Source of the DNA: an uncultured Bacillales bacterium
GTDB lineage: Bacteria; Bacillota_I; Bacilli_A; Izemoplasmatales; Hujiaoplasmataceae
DNA length: 64,000 bases
Assembly (NCBI GenBank): GCA_937928185.1
Contig: CALEZX010000040.1
Location: forward strand, 1,176 to 65,175
Direction of reading: 5' to 3'
The translations under genes and the position numbers were made by a program. The notes below the pieces were generated by a model, which saw nothing but the letters and a program-made list of their open reading frames with translations, had not been told where the DNA came from and did no database searches. The first letter of the stretch is position 1. The number at the start of each line of letters is the position of its first letter. Positions 56,532 through 64,000 of the stretch are shown here, in pieces.

Positions 56532-56968
56532 AAATCTCCGAAAGTCCCACGGTATGAACTCATATATTTATCCAAGTACTCCATGTGTTTTGGAAAATAC
56601 TGAACAACTATTTCTTTCTTTTTTATAATTTTAGTAGGCATTTTTTTATAATTAAACGTTTTATCCCTAAAAACCAGTTCGTCATATCTGAGACGGTAAT
56701 TTCTTCTTATATCCCATTCAAGATTAGAAAATTCAATAACTTTGTAGATATGAGTCACTCTCTCATTTGAGATAATGACTGGAAAAAATCCATAATAGAT
56801 TACCAATGCTATAAAACTTATAACTAATATGATAGTGAAAATCAAAAGTCCATATTGAATATTATCAGAATCGAGCAATGTAAATATTGTTAAGATTCCA
56901 ACCATAACATAACCAAGAATGACAATAATTGCAGTAGATAAAGAAAAATCGAAGAATTTTTTTCTCAT
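56528..56968 (-). CDS. Two-TM membrane protein with a small cytoplasmic C-terminal domain, function unknown
   Basis: Two hydrophobic helices (AIIVILGYVMVGILTIF, LLIFTIILVISFIALVIYYGFF) plus a ~75-aa basic domain. SD AGGAG lies before the ATG. Confidence 0.55.
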   Translation of the reverse strand: MRKKFFDFSLSTAIIVILGYVMVGILTIFTLLDSDNIQYGLLIFTIILVISFIALVIYYGFFPVIISNERVTHIYKVIEFSNLEWDIRRNYRLRYDELVFRDKTFNYKKMPTKIIKKKEIVVQYFPKHMEYLDKYMSSYRGTFGDL

Positions 56969-57202
56969 TTTAACTCCTAGTATATTAGTTCTAACATTGC
57001 ATAATGTATATCATATTTTGAACGATATTTCAACTAGATACTCAAAAACTCGCTCCCGAAAGCAAAAGACTCATGAAAACATCACAAAAAAAATGGTTAT
57101 TTCTGAAAATAATAAAATTTTAGCCTGTCGCATTTCTTTTATGCGAATAATATGATATAAACAAGCAAAAAATAGAGAATTTATTTTATCGAATATATAA
57201 AA

Positions 57203-57252
57203 AAAGATGCTGTAAGTACAATAGTAGTACATACAAACATCCTTTATATTGA
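57203..57252 (-). terminator. Terminator after the S41-like lipoprotein gene
   Basis: Minus strand: GGATGTTTGTATGTAC-loop-GTACTTACAGCATC (G-U pairs, one bulge) followed by T7. Confidence 0.55.
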
Positions 57253-57276
57253 ATTTATTCAAGTGAAACCGATATT

Positions 57277-59493
57277 TTATTCTGTTGCTTGAGTAGCTGC
57301 TATAGCGGCGACTATCTGAGCATCACTAGTAACATTTGAAAGTAGATATTCTACTACGATTCCATCTTCAATGCTGATGTATTCATATCCAGAATTTTCA
57401 TCGCCCGTTCTTGTGCTTAGTACATTGTTAGTGCTTATTAATAAGCAAGAACCGTCAGGAGAATAGATTGCCCCAATTGAGGAAGCTCCACCACTAGAAT
57501 TTTTACCGATTACAGTTGCAATATTTTGTTCTTTAGCGATTGAAGCCATTAGATTAGCTGCACTGAAGGTCACGCTTGAAGTCAAAATATACCAGTTAAA
57601 ATCGTAAGCAACATAATCACTTTCGATATAATATGTTACGGTAGCTCCATCAGCAGGATTTTGTGAATGATACATAATTGTGTTTTCGGTCATATATCCA
57701 AAAATTCTTAATACAGCACCAAGATTTCCACCGGTATTATATGAAAGATCGATAACGACATTTTCAACAGTCGAAGGTAAAGAATCTAGAACAATTTTAA
57801 AGTCGTCTGGAGTATCGATAGTAAATCCTGTCAATGGGATTATTGCAGTTCTTTCATTATCAAGTAAAATTCTCTTTGGCAGATTTTCATAACCACCATA
57901 TTTCGCAGTGAGTAAATCTTGAACTGCCCATAAACCATTATAGAAATCTAAGGTTCTCGGTCCTAAATCATTTAAATATAAGGTCATATCATACGGAGCT
58001 TCATAATAACCCGAGAATACATGTGAAGTATGTAAATCATCTAGTCCGTATGCAACATTAAAGACTTTTTGATACATTAAGGTATCTGAACCAATAATCA
58101 TGTCTCTAGCATGTGTAGCAATTATTTCGTATGCAGAGTTAACTGAATAACGGTTTCTTAATCCATAAAAATAATCGAGACTTAAGGCTAAAAAGTCAAA
58201 TGTTGCCCATTTAATATCTGCCGGAGCCGTTAAAGAATTATAAGAACTGGTTCTAATTTGATTTAACAGTAATTCGCCCGCTTCATCTGGGCTACTAATC
58301 GTAAATGTATCTATTCCCCAGAGTTTGTCTCCATTGTAATACACGTCATAATATAAACCACCAGCAAACAATAAATCTGCTACGTGTAATGGCATTAAAT
58401 ATAAAGTGGTTTCATTATCGTTGTGAATCAACAAATCGAAATTATAAAATCCTAATGGAATTTCAACTTCCGAACCTTCGCCATATAGAGCATCAACATA
58501 ATTCAAACCTTCGCCATAATCAGAGGTAGTTTCAGCAACATAATTTTCAAAGAAATTAAAATTATTCACTGTAAAAGTATTTTCTGTAAAGTCAATATAA
58601 GCCCAATAATCTTCTGTAACAGTTGAACCATCGAAGTCCTCATATTCTACAGAATACTCAACACGTAGTCCATCTTCTCCAACAGAAACAACGTTGATAA
58701 TGTCTGAATCAATAGCTCCATTAATTAATCTAATGAAGGTTTCAACATCAATATAAGGTAAAGCTCCGTTATCTGCAAAAAAGAGTTTTACTTCATCTTT
58801 ATTCGCTACAACATACTCTTCACTTGTTCCTTCGAAAGGAACGGTAACGCTTGAAGTTATTCCATTAAGTTCAGTTCTAGGTTGAACTACTACAGGGTAA
58901 GATACAGATTGTGTATATTTTCCATAAGAGAATCGTCCAGTAATGGTTACATTGATTGGATTTTCTCCAATACCAGGTCTGATAACAAATCCTTTTTTCG
59001 ATATTGTATTAACCTTATTAGTAGACCAAATAATTGAAGACCCATTTGTACCGGTGGTTGGCAGAATATAATTTCCACTAGCATCTAATGCCAATTGAAA
59101 AGCGCTAATATCATCGATGACTTTTTGTTCATCAACGCTTAACACAACGCTAACAACAAATGATGCTTCAACCAACTTCTGACCCGAATCGGTAACTGAT
59201 AAAGCTACTGTATAATCACCAACTGTCTTAAGATCAACTGGGTTGCTTACGATAACGATGCTTCCTGTCAAATCGCCATCTTCAGGATCGGTAACAGTAA
59301 TGCCATCCAAAACATTAAAAGTAGCGGTTCCTTTAACAACTGACTTATTTTGAACACCGTTAAACACCGGGTCTGAGTTTACTGTAGTAACAGTCGTAGG
59401 AGCCAAAGTAGTAGTCGTCGTAGTTTTTTTGTCACATCCGAAAATTCCTAAAAGTAAAACTAATGAAACAATAATAAATAACGTTTTTTTCAT
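57277..59493 (-). CDS. Surface lipoprotein with Ig-like (DUF5011-type and atrophied-Ig-type) domains and a C-terminal peptidase S41-like domain
   Basis: MKKTLFIIVSLVLLLGIFGC lipobox plus a Thr run. ..LDGITVTDPEDGDLTG..GDYTV Ig-like region. ..GSSIIWSTN.. motif. C-terminal ..IDLSYNTGGNL.. and ..TSSVTFSAANLMA.. Start at ATG 59493, because the promoter lies inside the track's 5' extension. Confidence 0.7.
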   Translation of the reverse strand: MKKTLFIIVSLVLLLGIFGCDKKTTTTTTLAPTTVTTVNSDPVFNGVQNKSVVKGTATFNVLDGITVTDPEDGDLTGSIVIVSNPVDLKTVGDYTVALSVTDSGQKLVEASFVVSVVLSVDEQKVIDDISAFQLALDASGNYILPTTGTNGSSIIWSTNKVNTISKKGFVIRPGIGENPINVTITGRFSYGKYTQSVSYPVVVQPRTELNGITSSVTVPFEGTSEEYVVANKDEVKLFFADNGALPYIDVETFIRLINGAIDSDIINVVSVGEDGLRVEYSVEYEDFDGSTVTEDYWAYIDFTENTFTVNNFNFFENYVAETTSDYGEGLNYVDALYGEGSEVEIPLGFYNFDLLIHNDNETTLYLMPLHVADLLFAGGLYYDVYYNGDKLWGIDTFTISSPDEAGELLLNQIRTSSYNSLTAPADIKWATFDFLALSLDYFYGLRNRYSVNSAYEIIATHARDMIIGSDTLMYQKVFNVAYGLDDLHTSHVFSGYYEAPYDMTLYLNDLGPRTLDFYNGLWAVQDLLTAKYGGYENLPKRILLDNERTAIIPLTGFTIDTPDDFKIVLDSLPSTVENVVIDLSYNTGGNLGAVLRIFGYMTENTIMYHSQNPADGATVTYYIESDYVAYDFNWYILTSSVTFSAANLMASIAKEQNIATVIGKNSSGGASSIGAIYSPDGSCLLISTNNVLSTRTGDENSGYEYISIEDGIVVEYLLSNVTSDAQIVAAIAATQATE

Positions 59494-59571
59494 ATTCCAT
59501 CCTATCCTTAATAAATATTTTTTTTGAAAGTAATTCAATAATGAATAAACATTCTCCAAAAAATTTATCCT

Positions 59572-59600
59572 ATTATATCTCATAGGCACAGTAAATTCAA
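59572..59600 (-). promoter_or_regulatory. Promoter of the S41-like lipoprotein gene
   Basis: Minus strand: TTGAAT-17 nt-TATAAT, ~75 nt upstream of the ATG at 59493. Confidence 0.65.
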
Positions 59601-59681
59601 TGCTTCAATGAAAAATAGCAATGAAAATAATTGTTAAATAGTAATTATGTACAAAAAATAATACGCTAATAAATCTCTAAA

Positions 59682-59712
59682 TAAAAAAACAGAAAATTAT
59701 ACTAATTCTCTG
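59682..59712 (-). terminator. Terminator overlapping the 3' end of the rluA-like gene
   Basis: Minus strand: CAGAGAATT-AGTAT-AATTTTCTG followed by TTTTTTTATTT. The stop codon lies within the hairpin. Confidence 0.6.
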
Positions 59713-60407
59713 CTCTTAAAATAACCAAATTGTTGAAATACGTTTTGCGTCGGATTACTAGAATATGACAACGTATCCTTTGAAACGGGATGAGGAAAAC
59801 TTAATGAATATGCAAATAACCCAAGTTCTCTGCTATTCGTTCGATATCGATGCCCATACTTTGTATCTCCAAAAAGAGGCATGCCTCTTGATGCGAACTG
59901 TATTCTAATTTGATGAAATCGTCCACTCATCAAATTAATTTTTACTAACGATAATGATTTATTGTTGATTTTACAGTTATCAATAACTTCATATTCTAAT
60001 TTTGCATATTTTCCTTTTTCCGGATTAGTAATAAGCGCTTTTTTTTCATTTTCATCTTTGCCAAGAAAATCTTCCAAAATCTTAGATTCCCCAACAGAGA
60101 GATCAGCTTCAATAACAGCAAAATATTCTTTCGAAAAATCATGATCTTTCATTGCATCAAATAGTCTTGAAGCAGCTTTTGATGTTTTTGCATAGACCAT
60201 AATCCCGCCGACGTTCAGATCAAGCCGATGTACTAATCCAAGATAAACATTCCCTGGTTTCTGATATTTATTTTTTATATATTCTTTTAACAAAGACAGC
60301 ATATCTTGTTTATCGGTACCGTCTGACTGAGACAAAATGCCCGGAGGCTTGACCACAACGATAATATGATTGTCCTCATAAAGAATAGTAATATCACTAT
60401 ATTCCAT
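59697..60407 (-). CDS. RluA-family pseudouridine synthase (no S4 domain)
   Basis: ILYEDNHIIVVVKPPG and the catalytic HRLDLNVGG motif. Confidence 0.9.
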   Translation of the reverse strand: MEYSDITILYEDNHIIVVVKPPGILSQSDGTDKQDMLSLLKEYIKNKYQKPGNVYLGLVHRLDLNVGGIMVYAKTSKAASRLFDAMKDHDFSKEYFAVIEADLSVGESKILEDFLGKDENEKKALITNPEKGKYAKLEYEVIDNCKINNKSLSLVKINLMSGRFHQIRIQFASRGMPLFGDTKYGHRYRTNSRELGLFAYSLSFPHPVSKDTLSYSSNPTQNVFQQFGYFKSRELV

Positions 60408-60411
60408 AATT

Positions 60412-61209
60412 TTATCCTAATGCAACGTCTAGAATCATCATGATGACGAAACCTACCATCACAGCTATTGTTCCGACATTAGTATGTTCGCCTAACTGAG
60501 CTTCTGGAATAAGTTCTTCAACAACTACATAAATCATCGCCCCAGCAGCAAACGCTAAAAACCAAGGCATAATTACCGATAAGAAACTAGCTAATATTAC
60601 ACCGATAATTGCAAAAACCGGTTCAACGATTCCCGAAAGAGAACCCCACATAAATGATTTTGAGGCTGACATTCCTTCTTGTTTTAAAGGCAATGAGATT
60701 GCTGCTCCTTCAGGAAAATTTTGCAGACCAATACCGATAGCCAGTCCTAAGGCAGAAGCAATACCAACAACACTTCCGTTTGTCAATGCTAATCCGAAAG
60801 CAAGGCCCACCGCAAGTCCTTCAGGAATATTGTGCAAAGTGACTGCCGTTATTAATAAAGTCGTTCTTTTTGACGATGATTTTAAACCTTCTGGTTTGTC
60901 TGAATCGATGTGCAGATGCGGTAGTAAATTATCTACTATAAGCAAAAATAATCCTCCGCCAATAAAACCTATTGCAGCAGGAATCCATCCGATTATTCCC
61001 TGATTTTCTGCTTCTTCAATTGCCGGTATAATTAAAGACCAGACCGAAGCAGCAATCATTACTCCTGCAGCGAATCCCAAGAATATTCTTTTAAAATTAT
61101 CCGATATCGTATTTTTAAAGAGGAATACCATGCCTGATCCTGCAGTCGTCATGACGAAAATAAAACTTATTCCAAGAATCATTACTGTATTATTACTTAA
61201 ATTTCCCAT
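60412..61209 (-). CDS. zupT: ZIP-family divalent metal transporter (ZupT-like)
   Basis: 8-TM protein with HNIPEGLAVG and QNFPEGAA motifs. Confidence 0.88.
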   Translation of the reverse strand: MGNLSNNTVMILGISFIFVMTTAGSGMVFLFKNTISDNFKRIFLGFAAGVMIAASVWSLIIPAIEEAENQGIIGWIPAAIGFIGGGLFLLIVDNLLPHLHIDSDKPEGLKSSSKRTTLLITAVTLHNIPEGLAVGLAFGLALTNGSVVGIASALGLAIGIGLQNFPEGAAISLPLKQEGMSASKSFMWGSLSGIVEPVFAIIGVILASFLSVIMPWFLAFAAGAMIYVVVEELIPEAQLGEHTNVGTIAVMVGFVIMMILDVALG

Positions 61210-61240
61210 ATATGTTTATAAACCCTTTCTATTGAATTAA

Positions 61241-62344
61241 TTACTGATAATTAAGATTATTTGTCCAAACAAAAGGAATTGGAAAGACCTTATCAAAGAA
61301 AACTTTGATGCTTGGACTGGTTTCTAATTTGAGATTAAGCGGCTGATCAAAGCCTAAAAGAATTTGAGATAATTGATGGCTCGAATCAACGGTATATATT
61401 TCATCGTCATGAATAAATGTAGCTTTGTTATTTATAAAACCATACTTAATCCCATTATTTGGATAGACCGAGTCAAAATATGGTTTTAATTTATCCATAA
61501 TATTAACAAAATCTAGTATTTTAAAGGAAGCGTGTTGATGAATTACTTTTCGGTTTAATCCGCTCAATATTTGATTAATAGAATCATGAATGTCTGCAGC
61601 GAAATGAATCATATCCCGATGATGTCGGTTTGCTAACAACCGCAAAGATTGAACGATTGCATCTCTGTTACCTGCGAATTCCTTAATCCCAAACTCATTT
61701 CCTTCGGTTGGCAAATATCCAACGATATAAGCAACCGGTTTATTCTTATCTTCTATTAGATAAATGGGATAATTCGCAAAAGTATCTGGGAATGTCTGTG
61801 ATGTAAGCAGTTGATTGAATTCTTCACTATTGCGAATGTATCGAACATTTTCCTGATTCTGAATATCTGCCAAAATATTAAAGAAATAATTATTATATAA
61901 GGTTATATTTAGGTTTTCATTAACCGGAAATTGAGTTTTATCAAGATAATATTCATAAACATTTCCTGCTAATGAGGCGCCAAAATCAGCATATAGACCG
62001 CCAGCACCTGAAATAATGACAAGATCAATACTTTCTTCTTTCATCTTTTGTTCAGCAAGTTTTAACAAGTTAGAAGCTAATTTCTGACCACGGTATTCTT
62101 TTTTAGTACATACCGATCCTACTGAAGCTGCTTTAACGATACTCGGTCCAATTTTAATAAAAGTTGGATAATAATTAACAAGCGATACTATCTGAGCTTT
62201 ATCGATGGCGATAAACATATGCTTCCAATTGGATTCGCTGAATAATAGAGTGAATTGCTCGCCCATATTATCTTTAAAAATACTTTTAGATAATTCTACT
62301 GCTTCTGCTTGTTCAGCCTTTGTTAAGACTGTCCGAAATTCCAT
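61241..62344 (-). CDS. GNAT-family N-acetyltransferase, Eis-like three-domain architecture (tentative)
   Basis: The acetyl-CoA motif VCTKKEYRGQKLASNLL sits in the N-terminal third of a ~370-aa protein. Start set at ATG 62344 (MEFRTV), 4 nt after the upstream stop. Confidence 0.7.
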   Translation of the reverse strand: MEFRTVLTKAEQAEAVELSKSIFKDNMGEQFTLLFSESNWKHMFIAIDKAQIVSLVNYYPTFIKIGPSIVKAASVGSVCTKKEYRGQKLASNLLKLAEQKMKEESIDLVIISGAGGLYADFGASLAGNVYEYYLDKTQFPVNENLNITLYNNYFFNILADIQNQENVRYIRNSEEFNQLLTSQTFPDTFANYPIYLIEDKNKPVAYIVGYLPTEGNEFGIKEFAGNRDAIVQSLRLLANRHHRDMIHFAADIHDSINQILSGLNRKVIHQHASFKILDFVNIMDKLKPYFDSVYPNNGIKYGFINNKATFIHDDEIYTVDSSHQLSQILLGFDQPLNLKLETSPSIKVFFDKVFPIPFVWTNNLNYQ

Positions 62345-62348
62345 AATA

Positions 62349-63593
62349 TCAATGAATTCCTTTGACAAACGACTTAAAATCGACTGACTGTAATTTAATT
62401 CTAGATTCTTCCGCAGCAAATGCCAGTAAATGGGATTCTATTGATGCTTTATTACTCGTTAATTCAACAAGAATATTTTTTTCAACAAGCTGACAAAAAG
62501 CTTTCATGATGCCATAATCGCCACCACCATGGCCGTAGTCAAGAACATTTAAATTAAGCGTCTCAGGAACTTCGTTTCCGAAGCGGTAGATTTCAATGGT
62601 GTTTTTTTCCATGTGTCCTCGTATTTCGCCTTTTGTTCCCATTAATTTAATCGTACGTGTGTTTTCGTGGGTAAATGCTGTCATGGTAAAAGCTGCGGTG
62701 ACTCCCGATTCAAATTCAATCGCAACGACCTGATGATCGACGACGTCATTATCGCAGTGATATACGCAACGTCCGTAAGGGCCGTTTTTTAATGCTTTCA
62801 ATAATCCATCGTCAATCATATCATTTGATACCGGCAACTTCATCCAATCAGGAGCATTTAAGTATACTTTTGGGGCAAAATACACACAGTCGTCCTTATG
62901 AATACATCCGTCCATACAGTATTTCGGAGCGTTGACTGGAGCATTTTCTTTTTTGAAATAAGAGAGTTTTCCATATGAAGCGACACTTTTGGGCGATGAG
63001 TTCGCGAACCAAATTAATAAATCCAAATCATGACAGGATTTAGCTAATATCATCGGGCTGGATTTTTTTGAATTACCCCAGTTGCCTCTGACATAACTGT
63101 GAGCTTGATGCCAGTAGGAAACATTTTCATTATGTTGAATAGACATCAGTTGGCCGATTGAACCCTGATCTAAAATAGACTTAATGGTTGAGAAAAATTG
63201 GGTGTATCGTAATACGTGTCCAATCATTAATTTAACTCCAAAATAATCGGACAATTCACCTAATTTTAAACAATCTTTGGGCGTTATTGCCATAGGTTTT
63301 TCTAGAAAAATATGATAACCTTTTTCCATTGCTAAAACTGATGGTTCGTAATGCATGTTATCCTGTGTACAAATAAAACAAGCATCCGCGAATTTTTCTT
63401 CTTTAAGTATGGATTTATAGTCATCAAATTGCATTGATTCAGGAATTTTATGTTTCATCGCAAAATACATTCTTCGAACCGGATCTGGTTCGGCAATTCC
63501 GACAAACTGAATATCTTCAGGATTTTTTTCAGCAAAAGCACCGTAAGCACCGATTCCACGATTCCCTGCACCAATCATAATTGCTTTTATCAT
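62349..63593 (-). CDS. Gfo/Idh/MocA-family NAD(P)-dependent oxidoreductase
   Basis: MIKAIMIGAGNRG Rossmann start and the EKP motif (FLEKPMA). Start at ATG 63593 after SD GAGGTGA. Confidence 0.85.
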   Translation of the reverse strand: MIKAIMIGAGNRGIGAYGAFAEKNPEDIQFVGIAEPDPVRRMYFAMKHKIPESMQFDDYKSILKEEKFADACFICTQDNMHYEPSVLAMEKGYHIFLEKPMAITPKDCLKLGELSDYFGVKLMIGHVLRYTQFFSTIKSILDQGSIGQLMSIQHNENVSYWHQAHSYVRGNWGNSKKSSPMILAKSCHDLDLLIWFANSSPKSVASYGKLSYFKKENAPVNAPKYCMDGCIHKDDCVYFAPKVYLNAPDWMKLPVSNDMIDDGLLKALKNGPYGRCVYHCDNDVVDHQVVAIEFESGVTAAFTMTAFTHENTRTIKLMGTKGEIRGHMEKNTIEIYRFGNEVPETLNLNVLDYGHGGGDYGIMKAFCQLVEKNILVELTSNKASIESHLLAFAAEESRIKLQSVDFKSFVKGIH

Positions 63594-63641
63594 AAGAATC
63601 ACCTCATTATATTCATTTTATCATAAATAAGAATGATAATA

Positions 63642-63679
63642 GCAAAATAAAAACTAAGCACTGAAAAATGCTTAGTTTG
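63642..63679 (-). terminator. Rho-independent terminator after aspS
   Basis: Minus strand: AAACTAAGCA-loop-TGCTTAGTTT followed by TTATTTT. Confidence 0.75.
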
Positions 63680-63684
63680 AAAGA

Positions 63685-64000
63685 TTATGGGTTAACCCGA
63701 TTTGGTCCACGATATAGGAAAGTAACATCTCTAATACTTTCAACATCGAATAATTTCATTAAGAATCTCGTCAATCCAAAACCAAATCCTCCATGAGGAG
63801 GAACTCCATATTTGAAGAAATTCAAATAAAAATCAATTGATTCTAAAGGAAGACCTTTTTCGACTGCCTGAGCTTTAAGAATATCAATACGATGTTCTCT
63901 TTGTGCTCCTGTAGTAATTTCAATTCCTGAATACAGTAAATCGAAACTCTTAGTCAGTCCATTTTCATCAAGCATATGATAGAATGGCCGTGCAGCAAAA
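63685..64000 (-). CDS. aspS: Aspartate--tRNA ligase, archaeal/eukaryote-like type, C-terminal part (runs off the right edge)
   Basis: Class II motif 3 region: GIEITTGAQREH.., YGVPPHGGFGFGLTRFLM.., with the tail FLYRGPNRVNP. Confidence 0.88.
   Translation of the reverse strand, partial: FAARPFYHMLDENGLTKSFDLLYSGIEITTGAQREHRIDILKAQAVEKGLPLESIDFYLNFFKYGVPPHGGFGFGLTRFLMKLFDVESIRDVTFLYRGPNRVNP

Noticed and set aside
56969-57276. The largest unexplained spacer (308 nt), with track ORFs 56919..57155 (+) and 57071..57262 (-). I considered an sRNA or small protein gene.
   Set aside because: It is accounted for by the terminator of the S41-like gene (57203..57252) and a promoter plus SD for the gene starting at 56968. 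The remaining hairpins (CGCAT-N7-ATGCG near 57131..57150, GCT-TTCGGG-AGC near 57045..57060) are too weak to call. The ORFs lack SDs and run through the terminator.
59494-59589. N-terminal extensions suggested by the ORF track (S41-like lipoprotein, yqeG 5372..5437, ppa 28725..28790, galT 44446..44487, the GNAT 62345..62419, and others).
   Set aside because: In each case a consensus promoter, or the upstream gene's stop plus an SD, lies inside the extension. A downstream ATG with a good SD gives a canonical N-terminus, such as a signal peptide or a conserved motif.
1-64000. Search for CRISPR arrays, IS elements, integrases, prophage or tRNA/rRNA genes, and for Mollicutes code 4 (TGA = Trp).
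   Set aside because: No spaced direct-repeat array, no transposase or integrase-like ORF, and no gap large enough for an rRNA. I noticed no cloverleaf-like tRNA in the short spacers, but I have not scanned systematically. All genes read through intact under the standard code, and several end in TGA (for example at 56528, 40803 and 62349).

Overview
AT-rich (about one third G+C by eye), very compact window with about 65 protein genes, almost all on the minus strand, and no intergenic gap above ~310 nt. TGA is used as a stop and TGG encodes Trp, so the standard code 11 applies. The content is overwhelmingly core housekeeping of a low-GC Firmicute/Mollicutes-type genome. It includes comEA-comEC, the yqeG-yqeH-yqeK-rsfS-yqeM block and a mtnN/DUF45/YgiQ/thioesterase operon. 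Next come greA, udk, the U32/U32/O-methyltransferase tRNA-modification trio, DUF1292, ruvX, alaS with a T-box, recD2 and pepP. A PadR/DUF1700/DUF4097 module, a DedA-like gene, gap, spx, pepF, trpS with a T-box, ptsH and ppa follow. Then come two amidohydrolases, an SPL-type radical SAM gene, DUF368, rimO, a MarR-controlled heterodimeric ABC exporter, degV, a two-subunit class I fumarase, proS and galM-galE-galT. The window ends with oppABCDF, three surface or membrane unknowns, rluA, a ZIP transporter, an Eis-like GNAT, a Gfo/Idh/MocA oxidoreductase and the 3' end of an archaeal-type aspS. Gene order follows the Bacillus subtilis yqe and yrr blocks, but the cell-wall genes (mltG, yrzL/ireB, pbpI as I recall them) are missing at their expected junctions. 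Together with the lipoproteins carrying Thr-rich linkers, this suggests an Acholeplasma-like wall-less lineage. That assignment is inference, not proof. I see no transposase, integrase, prophage, CRISPR array, restriction-modification system, toxin-antitoxin pair or recognisable defence module. I do not find a compelling undescribed system. The only accessory-looking stretch is ~46.5-59.6 kb (opp plus large lipoproteins and two small coupled membrane proteins). The best leads are modest: a membrane-anchored EIIB-like protein with its phospho-Cys replaced by Asp and coupled to ptsH, the YgiQ operon, DUF368 in a probably wall-less background, and a Cys-rich tail on Spx.
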